Origin: Fibrobacteria bacterium
GTDB lineage: Bacteria; Fibrobacterota; Fibrobacteria; UBA11236
Assembly: GCA_043732185.1 (NCBI GenBank)
Contig: JAYTHY010000136.1
Coordinates: 2,326 to 66,325 of the forward strand
DNA: 64,000 nt
Direction of reading: 5' to 3'
This document shows positions 30,191 to 39,455 of this stretch, piece after piece. The notes under the pieces are model-generated. The model made no database searches. It saw nothing but the letters and a program-made list of their open reading frames with translations, and was not told the origin of the DNA. The first letter of the stretch is position 1. The number at the start of each line of letters is the position of its first letter. The position numbers were made by a program, and so were the translations under genes.

Positions 30191-30698
30191 TCCTCGACAC
30201 GCAGACGCAGGAAACCATCATTCTACTTCGAATGAGGAACACGAATTATCGGATTTCGATTGGACAAAAATTATCTGGTCACTGCCGATTTTTGTCGCTA
30301 TTCTCATTGGCTTCACTTTGCTATGTGTGTACTCGTACCAAGGTTACCGAAATGATGAGTACCGAACCCAACAAGCAAAATTCCAGACAACGGAAATCAA
30401 TATTTTGCGAGCTGCTGAAAACGAAATACTGTCCCAATCCAAAACGCTAGATAAAGCAGCTGGTCGTTACCAGATTCCCATTGCTAAGGCCATGGAATTG
30501 ATTGTCGCCGAGCATCAAAATATCCCCGGCAGCGATTGGAAACCCATTGCGGATGTGTACATGCAAGGTGCACCTTTCGTGCCTGCACCGGAAGCAGCCC
30601 CAACAACTGAACCGAATGGTATTTCAATTGAAGAGGCTGCCGTGCCATCGGCTGCAACCAAAAAAGCATTAGTGCACACTAAAAAGAAGAAGCGCTGA
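30177..30698 (+). CDS. Small single-TM protein, possible ActG-like accessory subunit of ACIII
   Basis: One TM helix (IIWSLPIFVAILIGFTLLCVY), sandwiched between actF and sco. I cannot verify the family assignment from sequence. Confidence 0.35.
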   Translation: MSSTDPRHADAGNHHSTSNEEHELSDFDWTKIIWSLPIFVAILIGFTLLCVYSYQGYRNDEYRTQQAKFQTTEINILRAAENEILSQSKTLDKAAGRYQIPIAKAMELIVAEHQNIPGSDWKPIADVYMQGAPFVPAPEAAPTTEPNGISIEEAAVPSAATKKALVHTKKKKR

Positions 30699-30707
30699 TA
30701 CATCGGT

Positions 30708-31601
30708 ATGCATATTCTTTCTAGTAACCCCTTAACTACCACCCTAAAAACTTTCGCCATACTTTTGGTTTTGGCTGTGTTTTGCCGGGAAGTGAGTGCC
30801 TTTGGTGGGAGTTACAATGGGGGAGCCGGTTCCGTTCCAGCAAAAGATGGGCAGACGCTTCCAGATGCATTAGTTGATGTGGGCATTGAGGAGCACTTGG
30901 GTGAACAAATTCCACTTGATGCCGTATTTTTGGACGATGCAGGTAAGGAAGTACACCTCTCAGATTATTTTCAATCGGGCAAACCAGTCCTTCTTAATTT
31001 TGCCTACTATCAATGCCCCATGCTCTGCAATATGGTTCTAAATGGAATGCTGGGCGGCATGAAAAAAATGACATGGGTACCTGGTAAGGAATTCGAGGTC
31101 GTCACGATCAGTATTGATCCAAATGAAGGACCTGATTTGGCGGCAGCAAAAAAAGAAACCCATATCAAAGCTTTGGGAAACCCTAATGCGGCAGTGGGAT
31201 GGCACTTTTTGACAGGTACGGAAACAAATATTCGCAAGGTTGCCAAAGCTGTCGGTTTCAAATACCAATATATGGCAGTAAGCAAGGAATTCGCACATTC
31301 AGCGGGTATATTCACGATTTCGCCGGCTGGAAAAATTTCCCGTTATCTGTATGGAGTGGAATTTCGATCCAAGGATCTAAAACTGGCTTTGTTGGATGCC
31401 TCGGAAGGCAAGTCCATTTCTTTCGGCGATAAAATCGTGATGTTCTGCTATCGCTATGACTCCAATGCAAAGGGCTATGTTCTGTTTGCACGCAACTTTA
31501 TGAAGGGTGGCGGCATTGTGGTTATATTGGGCCTGGCTTTGCTTTTAGGCGGGCTCTGGCGCAAGGAATTCAATCGACGCGATCCTGTTCCAAGTCACTA
31601 A
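30708..31601 (+). CDS. SCO1/SenC-family copper chaperone with an extra C-terminal TM helix
   Basis: Thioredoxin-like fold with CPMLC (CxxxC) and a downstream His. N-terminal signal plus C-terminal hydrophobic helix. Confidence 0.7.
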   Translation: MHILSSNPLTTTLKTFAILLVLAVFCREVSAFGGSYNGGAGSVPAKDGQTLPDALVDVGIEEHLGEQIPLDAVFLDDAGKEVHLSDYFQSGKPVLLNFAYYQCPMLCNMVLNGMLGGMKKMTWVPGKEFEVVTISIDPNEGPDLAAAKKETHIKALGNPNAAVGWHFLTGTETNIRKVAKAVGFKYQYMAVSKEFAHSAGIFTISPAGKISRYLYGVEFRSKDLKLALLDASEGKSISFGDKIVMFCYRYDSNAKGYVLFARNFMKGGGIVVILGLALLLGGLWRKEFNRRDPVPSH

Positions 31602-31623
31602 ATACCGGATGTAAGAGAAGCAT

Positions 31624-32565
31624 ATGGACAACAGCAAAACTTTCTGGCTCCCTGAAAAGGCCTCTACCTTTGTCGATATGGTAGATCCGGCTTTTATGCT
31701 CTTTTACTGGATTTCGATCTTTTTCTTTGTGCTCATCTGCGCATTGATCCTCGTTTTTACTTTTAAATACCTTCGCCGTCGGCCCAATCAGCTTGCTACT
31801 GCCCAAATAACGCATAACCTCAAAATCGAACTCGCCTGGACGTTAATTCCCTTATTCATCGTAATGGGCCTTTTCTTCATTGGCATGAAAGGTTATCTGC
31901 ACATGCGCATAGCTCCAGCTGGTTTCATGCAGGTTAATGTGCAGGGCCAAAAATGGAGCTGGAGTTTTGAGTATCCAACCGGGGCAAAAAATGATACGCT
32001 GGTCGTACCAGTGGATACTCCCGTAAAACTTGTTATGACTTCCCATGATGTCCTTCACAGCTTTTATGTACCCGCTTTCCGAATTAAGGCGGACGTCCTA
32101 CCCAATCGATATACCTCACAATGGTTCCAAGCGACCCGGACAGGTGTATTTCAGGTGGAATGCACTCAGTATTGCGGTACCAGTCATTCCTACATGTTGA
32201 CTTCAGTAAAAGTGCTCGAAGCCGATGCCTATCGCGAATGGTTGTTGGCCGCCTCCGATCCTAGCAAAGGCCTAACTCCTGAACAGTACGGCGCATTGCT
32301 CTATGCGAAACGGGGTTGCAATGCTTGCCATAGCGTGGATGGTACCAGAGGTGTGGGTCCTTCATGGAAAGGCATTGCTGGGATTTCGGAAAACTGTGGC
32401 CCGGCAGGAATGGTTACTATCGACGATGCCTATCTCCGCGAATCAATGATGGACCCAACGGCCAAAGTGGTCAATGGCTTCTTGCCAGTGATGCCCACAT
32501 TTAAGGGCCAACTAACTGATAGGGAAGTAGAAGCCCTTATTGCGTACATCAAATCCTTAAAGTGA
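31624..32565 (+). CDS. coxB: Cytochrome c oxidase subunit II, caa3-type, with a C-terminal cytochrome c domain
   Basis: CuA site ECTQYCGTSHSYM and a C-terminal CNACHS haem c motif. Confidence 0.85.
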   Translation: MDNSKTFWLPEKASTFVDMVDPAFMLFYWISIFFFVLICALILVFTFKYLRRRPNQLATAQITHNLKIELAWTLIPLFIVMGLFFIGMKGYLHMRIAPAGFMQVNVQGQKWSWSFEYPTGAKNDTLVVPVDTPVKLVMTSHDVLHSFYVPAFRIKADVLPNRYTSQWFQATRTGVFQVECTQYCGTSHSYMLTSVKVLEADAYREWLLAASDPSKGLTPEQYGALLYAKRGCNACHSVDGTRGVGPSWKGIAGISENCGPAGMVTIDDAYLRESMMDPTAKVVNGFLPVMPTFKGQLTDREVEALIAYIKSLK

Positions 32566-32603
32566 GAAACAAGTAAAAAGGTTTAAAACCCGGACGGATT
32601 CAC

Positions 32604-34208
32604 ATGACTGCCCACGCACATCCTGAAAATATCAACTATCTGAAAGCGAGCCGGGGCATCATGTCCTGGTTGGTGACTGTAGATCACAAGCGCATCGGCA
32701 TGATGTACTTAGCCTCCATATTATGCTTTTTTATCGCCGGTGGTACGTTCGCCTTTCTTTTCCGGTTAGAACTGTGGAGTCCGTTAAAGGAATTCCTCAC
32801 GCCGGATCAATACAATCAATTTTTCACTCTGCACGGCGTCATTATGGTCTTTTTAGTAGTGGTACCCGGAATTCCCGGTGCCTTGGGAAACTTTATTCTC
32901 CCCCTCCAAATTGGCGCCAAGGATTTGGCTTTTCCTAAACTCAATTTGACCAGCCTCTACCTTTATTGGATTGGTGCTGCACTGGCATTATGGAGCATTG
33001 TGGCCGGTCACGCGGATTCAGGATGGACCATGTATGCGCCATACTCCCTTTCCCAGAATCCCGCTGTTTTATGGATGTTAGTCGCAGCATTTATATTGGG
33101 CTTCTCATCCATTTTAACCGGATTGAATTTCTTGGTGACGATGCATAATATGCGGGCTCCTGGTATGACCTGGTACCGCATGCCTTTATTTCTCTGGGCG
33201 ATGTATGCCACCGCGATCATGCAAATTTTCGCGACTCCGGTCCTTGCTTTAACATTAATGCTATTGCTAATGGAAAATTTCTTCCATATTGGAATTTTTG
33301 ATCCAGCCTTGGGCGGGGATCCCTTGCTCATGCAGCATTTCTTCTGGTTTTACTCCCATCCTGCTGTGTACATAATTATTGTCCCAGGATTTGGAATCAC
33401 ATCGGAACTCATTACTTGTTTCGCCAAAAAAGATATTTTCGGATACAAATTTGTGGCCTACTCCTCCATTGCTATTGCCATCATCGGCTTTATAGTCTGG
33501 GGACATCATATGTTTGTGTCCGGTCAGTCTGAATTGGCTGATTTTATATTTTCCTTCTTAACCTTCTTTACGGCAGTACCATCGGCCATTAAAGTCTTTA
33601 ACTGGACAGCGACCCTTTATAAGGGCTCAATTGATTTAAAGACACCGATGCTCTATGCCTTACAGTTTCTGTTCAACTTCACTATTGGGGGATTGACTGG
33701 AATCATTCTGGGTATTCTTTCCGTGGACATTCACCTCCACGACACTTACTTTATCGTTTCACACTTCCATTATGTTGCGATGGGCAGCACCATGATTGCC
33801 TTTATCGGTGGCATTCATTATTGGTGGCCAAAAATGACCGGTAAAATGTACAACGAATTCTGGGGGCGTTTTGGTGCCATCTTGGTCTTCATCGGCTTCA
33901 ATGTGACTTTTTTTGTGCAACTGATTATGGGTTCACAGGGAAGTCCACGACGTTACTACCATTACCTGGATCAATTTCAGATTTATCACCAGATTTCCAC
34001 CGTTGGGGTCGTCATTCTGGCTACTGGACTGTTCATGGCCCTCATCAATCTACTGGTATCGTTAAAGACCGGAGTAGCTGCTGGAAAAAATCCTTGGGGA
34101 GCCAAGACCCTGGAATGGCAGGCCGATTCTCCTCCGGTACTGTATAACTTTACTGAAATACCCGTTGTCACTGAAGGTCCCTATGCCTTTGAGACGGAGA
34201 AAGCATAA
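32604..34208 (+). CDS. ctaD: Cytochrome c oxidase subunit I
   Basis: 534 aa with 12 TM helices and the conserved His ligands and GHPEVY-like blocks. Confidence 0.9.
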   Translation: MTAHAHPENINYLKASRGIMSWLVTVDHKRIGMMYLASILCFFIAGGTFAFLFRLELWSPLKEFLTPDQYNQFFTLHGVIMVFLVVVPGIPGALGNFILPLQIGAKDLAFPKLNLTSLYLYWIGAALALWSIVAGHADSGWTMYAPYSLSQNPAVLWMLVAAFILGFSSILTGLNFLVTMHNMRAPGMTWYRMPLFLWAMYATAIMQIFATPVLALTLMLLLMENFFHIGIFDPALGGDPLLMQHFFWFYSHPAVYIIIVPGFGITSELITCFAKKDIFGYKFVAYSSIAIAIIGFIVWGHHMFVSGQSELADFIFSFLTFFTAVPSAIKVFNWTATLYKGSIDLKTPMLYALQFLFNFTIGGLTGIILGILSVDIHLHDTYFIVSHFHYVAMGSTMIAFIGGIHYWWPKMTGKMYNEFWGRFGAILVFIGFNVTFFVQLIMGSQGSPRRYYHYLDQFQIYHQISTVGVVILATGLFMALINLLVSLKTGVAAGKNPWGAKTLEWQADSPPVLYNFTEIPVVTEGPYAFETEKA

Positions 34209-34861
34209 TGGCCACCGCACATACCGGATTAAAAGATCACGAAGTCGCCCATCATTTTGATTCGCTAGAACAGGAATTTGAATCTGCCAAGACGGGAATG
34301 TGGCTGTTTCTGGCTTCTGAAATCATGATGTTTGGAGCACTTTTTGTTGGGGCATTAGTGTTCCATACCTTGCATCCCGCGGCATTCGCCGAAGGCTCAC
34401 AGCACCTAAATTGGCATATGGGTGCAGTGAACACTTTTTTCCTTTTGACCAGTGGTCTAACCATGGGACTTGCAGTAATTGCGGCACAGCGCTCCGATCA
34501 AAATGCCGTACGCTTAAACTTGGTGTTAAGTATACTCTTCGCATCTGGATTCTTAGTTGTAAAGTTTTTTGAATATAAGGCCAAATTTCATCATGGCACT
34601 CTACCTGGCAAGCTATTTCACGGAGAAGGGTTCCACGATCCATTCGTCCACATTTTCTACAGCTTTTATTTTGTAATGACTGGCCTTCACGGTCTCCATG
34701 TCCTCATTGGAATGGGTTTAATGACATGGTGTTTGATTCGTTCCGGCCAAACGCGATTTACTCGAAGCTACTTTACCCCAATCGAAAACGTGGCCATGTA
34801 CTGGGCGCTTGTTGATTTTGTTTGGGTCTTTTTGTTTCCTCTCCTCTATCTCATTGGATGA
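34208..34861 (+). CDS. ctaE: Cytochrome c oxidase subunit III
   Basis: 217 aa, polytopic, with typical CoxIII blocks. 1-nt start/stop overlap with ctaD (TAATG). Confidence 0.8.
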   Translation: MATAHTGLKDHEVAHHFDSLEQEFESAKTGMWLFLASEIMMFGALFVGALVFHTLHPAAFAEGSQHLNWHMGAVNTFFLLTSGLTMGLAVIAAQRSDQNAVRLNLVLSILFASGFLVVKFFEYKAKFHHGTLPGKLFHGEGFHDPFVHIFYSFYFVMTGLHGLHVLIGMGLMTWCLIRSGQTRFTRSYFTPIENVAMYWALVDFVWVFLFPLLYLIG

Positions 34862-34866
34862 ATACC

Positions 34867-35274
34867 ATGGAACAACCCGGTCATGCCATTCCAAAATCTA
34901 CCATTGTGGGCACCTATATTGGTTTATTGGTGCTGGCGGCTTTGATGCTCGCCATTTCGCGTATTCCAGTTGAGCGTCTTTCCATTGACTGGATCAATCT
35001 GCATGCCGTAAAAACCTGCGTGGTTTTGCTTATAGCCTTTACGATGGCGTCGATTATCGCCTTGTATTTAATGGGTTTGCGTTACGACCATAAATTTCTG
35101 AATATTACCATCTTCCTATCCAATTTTGCCTTCCTGCTCATTTTCGTACTTTTTACCTGGGCGGATACTTCCTTCCGTGAAAAAGTGGATCCCGTATTCG
35201 GAAAAAGTGTTGAATTTGAATCGCCTGTAAAGGTTGATTCCGCCGGTGAAGAAAGTCACGCACCTGCCCCTTAA
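34867..35274 (+). CDS. Cytochrome c oxidase subunit IV-like small membrane protein
   Basis: About 135 aa with 3 TM helices, immediately after ctaE. The start is set at the Met after the ctaE stop. Confidence 0.5.
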   Translation: MEQPGHAIPKSTIVGTYIGLLVLAALMLAISRIPVERLSIDWINLHAVKTCVVLLIAFTMASIIALYLMGLRYDHKFLNITIFLSNFAFLLIFVLFTWADTSFREKVDPVFGKSVEFESPVKVDSAGEESHAPAP

Positions 35275-35944
35275 AACTGAAGTTGTTGCCGGATCAGACC
35301 CTACTTTTTTTAAGGGTTCCTTCTTGGTTTTCCTGCTATTTCTTCCAGCCTTTTTGCTGATTATTCTTGCCATTTTGTTAGCCATGCAATACAAGCAATT
35401 GCGGGCATTTGTTTCTCCTCAGGCCATTGAACTATTAACCGTACCCGTTTCGCCGGAAGCCCAAGTAGCAGTGGTGGCCAAGCTGCACACCTTTTTTACA
35501 AATGCGCGTTCCGATAGTTTATCAGACACATTGGCCCTGTCCATAGTCGAGGTAAACCATCTCGTTCGGTCCAGTTCGTCCTTGGAAGCATTACACCTTG
35601 ATTACCATATGGATATTCAGGACACCCTGCTGATAGCCCATAACAGTTTGCCGGTGGACCGATTAAATGGCGTTCTATCCCTCCTTGCTAAAACCTTACG
35701 TGTGAAGGGCTTCCTCAATTCGGAAATGCGTGGCTATATCACTGTTTCAAAATCCGGGGTAAATATTATACCCGTTTCAGCAACCATGAATGGAGTAGCC
35801 GCGCCGATTTCCGTCTTGAATCGCAAAGGCGGAATTGATCCTTCCGAATGGGTCGCGGATCGAGACTTTTACAACCGTTGCTTGGCCCGCTTGTCCGGTA
35901 TTGAGATTCGAAATGGCTCTCTGCTTTTTATTAAACGGCCTTGA
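35234..35944 (+). CDS. Hypothetical membrane protein trailing the oxidase operon
   Basis: One strongly hydrophobic helix (FLVFLLFLPAFLLIILAILLA). The start is uncertain and the 3' end converges on and overlaps the ECF sigma gene. Confidence 0.35.
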   Translation: MIPPVKKVTHLPLKTEVVAGSDPTFFKGSFLVFLLFLPAFLLIILAILLAMQYKQLRAFVSPQAIELLTVPVSPEAQVAVVAKLHTFFTNARSDSLSDTLALSIVEVNHLVRSSSSLEALHLDYHMDIQDTLLIAHNSLPVDRLNGVLSLLAKTLRVKGFLNSEMRGYITVSKSGVNIIPVSATMNGVAAPISVLNRKGGIDPSEWVADRDFYNRCLARLSGIEIRNGSLLFIKRP

Positions 35945-36444
35945 GCCTGCATGTCCCGCTTAAACCGAGTGAGCCTGCGCGTAATGGCAACCCTGGATAC
36001 GCCCATATGTACGGCAATTTCTCGGTGATTGAGTCCTTGTTCCAGGCTCAAGTGTAAAATCTCTTTCAGCTTCCCGCGTACTTTTGGGAGGGCTTTTTCC
36101 AAGCGCATGCGGTGCAAAACATGGTCTTCCTCCGGCTCCCGGAAGTTGCCTATCGTATCTTCATAACCCATTTGACTTCGCTTGTCCATTTGGTCGCGAT
36201 GCTTTTTAATTCTACTGAAACAGTCGTATTTGGCGATGGTGCCAATCCAGGTGAGGGGATCGCATTTCCATTCAAAATCGTTCCACGCACGAAAGGCTTT
36301 AATAAAGACATCATGTGAGGCATCTCTGGCTTCTTCCCTGTCTTTCAAAAAATATTGGCAGATACCCAAAACCTTTTGATGGTACCTGCTATAAAGTAAT
36401 CCTTGCCAATCCGCACTATTTTTCAATTCTTCATTAGCCGTCAT
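35869..36444 (-). CDS. ECF-subfamily RNA polymerase sigma-70 factor
   Basis: Sigma-2 region (HDVFIKAFRAW) and sigma-4 HTH (LNHREIAVHMGVSRVAITRRL). Confidence 0.8.
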   Translation of the reverse strand: MTANEELKNSADWQGLLYSRYHQKVLGICQYFLKDREEARDASHDVFIKAFRAWNDFEWKCDPLTWIGTIAKYDCFSRIKKHRDQMDKRSQMGYEDTIGNFREPEEDHVLHRMRLEKALPKVRGKLKEILHLSLEQGLNHREIAVHMGVSRVAITRRLTRFKRDMQAQGRLIKSREPFRISIPDKRAKQRL

Positions 36445-36598
36445 TGCTTTTTTTTCCTTTAGGATCCAGGTTTGGAAAAGGGATCCAGAAGCTTAGACGG
36501 AAAAAATATTTAGGAATGTAGTCAGGCTTTTAGGCGTGCCTATGTAAAGCGCTCCATTTTGTGAGCGCGAAGGTTAGGTGATGGAAAAGAAGGAAACT

Positions 36599-37612
36599 TT
36601 ATCTCGTTGCAGGAACTTGGTCGAGAAGGTCCTGGTTTCCATCAGGCCAGCACAATCCGGAAGCGGGTCGGCACGGGAAATGGAAATGCAAGAGAACGGG
36701 TCCATCAGGGGGCGGAGTGCTCCGATTATTTTTAGAGGTCGCCACAGTGACTTCTGCAAGCACGGTAACGGCTGGAACTAAATATTCGCCGTCCCGTGAA
36801 TTGGCTGAACCCAATTTTTCTTTGGTTACGACGTAGCTTTCAAAGATGCGCACGGGCTTGATGAAGCGAATGGCGAGATTATCTGGATGGAAAGGATAGG
36901 TATAGGTTCGAGTGTGGGTTCGCGATTTCTCCCATTTTTTAAGGCTATCCGCCACCATTTCTTTGGACGGGATTTGCTGTGAACCTGTTTCAACCAACTC
37001 TGGATCCCGGAAAGAAAAGGACTGAAGTGCGCCACCAGCACCGTAGGCCACACGAATTTGCATCGCATCCCCGAGTACAATGCGGCCATCTACTTTTTTT
37101 AGATAGCGACCTATGTAGTAGGCCGGTACAGCCGGACCAACGCTATCTTTGTGTTCCGGATCTCGCTTTTGGACCATGGTTATTTCATAATTGGCAAAAA
37201 CCAGGTTTTCAATTTTTTCTCTCAGGACGGATTTTACAAGCATATCCGATTTAAGGTGGATTGACGAATCCGGAACAACATCTTTTTGGGTGAGTGCCGG
37301 AACCATTTCATTGGTAAAGGCGAACTCGGATGTCGCAGGTTCATATGCCAAGCGTGCACCAACCCTGTCATGCCAACTGGTATTGACCCCGGATATTTGG
37401 GGCTTACCCATTGGCCGAAGTTTAAAGGTTGCCAATAGTGATTTGATATTTTCTGGATTTAAGGGACGCGGCGCAATTTGGTAATATTTTGCGGTCACAT
37501 ATTCACCGGGTTGGGATTGCACTACCGGGGCAGTAGGTGCCGCATTCGAAAGGGCCACAAAAAGGCCGGCCAATGTCCATATCGAAATTTGCTTTTCCAC
37601 TTTTCGCTCCAT
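36599..37612 (-). CDS. Hypothetical secreted protein (operon member C)
   Basis: Signal peptide. No recognisable domain. Confidence 0.5.
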   Translation of the reverse strand: MERKVEKQISIWTLAGLFVALSNAAPTAPVVQSQPGEYVTAKYYQIAPRPLNPENIKSLLATFKLRPMGKPQISGVNTSWHDRVGARLAYEPATSEFAFTNEMVPALTQKDVVPDSSIHLKSDMLVKSVLREKIENLVFANYEITMVQKRDPEHKDSVGPAVPAYYIGRYLKKVDGRIVLGDAMQIRVAYGAGGALQSFSFRDPELVETGSQQIPSKEMVADSLKKWEKSRTHTRTYTYPFHPDNLAIRFIKPVRIFESYVVTKEKLGSANSRDGEYLVPAVTVLAEVTVATSKNNRSTPPPDGPVLLHFHFPCRPASGLCWPDGNQDLLDQVPATR

Positions 37613-37658
37613 AAATGAATGAGGGGACGTTTATTCTAGAATGCGAATCATTCTGACC

Positions 37659-38492
37659 TTAGTACTGCGGTGTTCCAATAATCCGGGAGTAATAATTTCC
37701 GCTATTGGCGATTGCCAAAGCGTAATCGTGGTTCACGTTCCGGAAGGTGGTGCTGCAATGGTCCGGGCTTCCCGCAAATACTTGTGCGGATAGGCAACCG
37801 GGTTCCAAACCTCTTGTGGGGTACAGATGCTTGTATCCATAGTTGGCCTCGGCATCGAAAAAGGCGTTGTAGAGATTTTTTTCGCGAAATGTCCAGTTGA
37901 GCCAAAAATCATTGAACAAATCCCAGCTTAGATTATTGTCGTAGATCAGAGACTTAAAACTGAGCATGGCTTTTAGGCCACGAAAGGAAGTTTGCCAGGC
38001 ATCGGCAGGGGGTGTGGCCGTTTTGAAAATGGAACAGCCGTGGGCCATAAACCAACGGGTGTATCCGGTTCCAAGCGATAAATTATTGGGTCCCACTGCA
38101 CCATAGTTGACACCTGCTCCAAGGTAGAGATTGCCGCTGATTCCGTGACCACCATAATACACGAAATCGCAATATTCACGGTTGCCTTGGGTATTGCTTC
38201 CAGAAGTTATTGCGGCTTTGGTGACGTACGTATTCCGTTTGTCCAACGCAAATGTTGGTCCAGTGGTGCCCAAGCCTGGGGAGGCGTTCAGGCTGGAGAA
38301 GGGTGGTACATTGACATTGGCGCCAGCAAAAAAGTTTTGGCCCATAGCAATTTGATAGCTGAGATTGGGGAGACCACCGCCATTGCCTCCATAGTCGTCA
38401 ATTGTATAGGTGCCAATATCCAAGCTGGGTGGAAAGGCCGATACCAATACCGTTAACGCACCAATGGCAATCAAACCTTTGGAAATATTCAT
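37659..38492 (-). CDS. Hypothetical secreted protein with a possible clan-CD-like His-Gly / Cys dyad (operon member B)
   Basis: Signal peptide. DFVYYGGHG, then WFMAHGCS about 37 residues later. The peptidase interpretation is a hypothesis only. Confidence 0.5.
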   Translation of the reverse strand: MNISKGLIAIGALTVLVSAFPPSLDIGTYTIDDYGGNGGGLPNLSYQIAMGQNFFAGANVNVPPFSSLNASPGLGTTGPTFALDKRNTYVTKAAITSGSNTQGNREYCDFVYYGGHGISGNLYLGAGVNYGAVGPNNLSLGTGYTRWFMAHGCSIFKTATPPADAWQTSFRGLKAMLSFKSLIYDNNLSWDLFNDFWLNWTFREKNLYNAFFDAEANYGYKHLYPTRGLEPGCLSAQVFAGSPDHCSTTFRNVNHDYALAIANSGNYYSRIIGTPQY

Positions 38493-38534
38493 CGTCGCAT
38501 CCTCTCTTCATTTTTATTCTCAACCAACAGGCTT

Positions 38535-39440
38535 CTAAAGTCCATGGGTTCGGAGTGTAAGGGTGTTGTTGGTGTGCATGGACAGAATCTTTTTGCCAAT
38601 TTCGAACTCTTTTGGTTGCATCTGGTCTAGTTCTACTACTTCATATATTTCCACTTCACTGCCATGCTGCCCGGTTGAATTGGGGCTTAGCCTTAACAAT
38701 CGTAGGGGATAATGGCCTTCCGGTAAGGGTCCAAGCCGAAGGGAATCCAGTTTTACCGGCCAATAAAAGGGCGAGCCAGGAATATAGAAACTGAGAACAG
38801 AATTATTTAGAGTTGTAGACTGCGTCACGATATTTGTCGCATTACACTTTCCCTGGAAATAGCGTTCTGTTCGATCCAAAAAGTTCGAATTTTCCGGAGT
38901 TAAAGAAGTTGCAGGATCAATAAGCTGGCCGCTAGATGTCGAGTATTTGAATCCCATTAAAAACGATTTACCCCAGCGAGTAGACACAATCAGTATGTTG
39001 AAATCTAAAGTGTCACGGCCCTGTGTAAGCAGGGGAGACAGGCTGGCGGAGGAAAGCGTCACCGTATCCAGCTCCTGAAAAGCAATCGTTACCTGTGGTA
39101 CGGAATCCAAGGAGGGAATGGCACTGCTTTTAAAAATCGTCAGGGAGCCGTTGATTTTAAAGCCCACTGCCTGAAAGGTGGAGTCCAAGAAGGAGAATAA
39201 AAATTTTAAATCTTTGCCAGATTTCCATTTAACCTGTATGGTGGTGTCGCCAACCAAATCAGGAGGCCAGGTTGTTCGCGACGATGCACCGGCCAGCAAA
39301 TCTTGATCTTCAACTTTTGAATCTGTTTTTGAATCGGAACCAGGTAGACTTGTGTCCGGAGCCATACAGCCAAGGACAAACAGGCCGAATACCCAAGTGG
39401 AGACATACTTTTTTCCAGATTTCCAGCGGATTGTTTTCAA
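38535..39440 (-). CDS. Hypothetical lipoprotein (operon member A)
   Basis: Lipobox VFGLFVLGC. No recognisable domain. Confidence 0.5.
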   Translation of the reverse strand: MKTIRWKSGKKYVSTWVFGLFVLGCMAPDTSLPGSDSKTDSKVEDQDLLAGASSRTTWPPDLVGDTTIQVKWKSGKDLKFLFSFLDSTFQAVGFKINGSLTIFKSSAIPSLDSVPQVTIAFQELDTVTLSSASLSPLLTQGRDTLDFNILIVSTRWGKSFLMGFKYSTSSGQLIDPATSLTPENSNFLDRTERYFQGKCNATNIVTQSTTLNNSVLSFYIPGSPFYWPVKLDSLRLGPLPEGHYPLRLLRLSPNSTGQHGSEVEIYEVVELDQMQPKEFEIGKKILSMHTNNTLTLRTHGL

Positions 39441-39455
39441 GGTTGCTTTCCTCGT

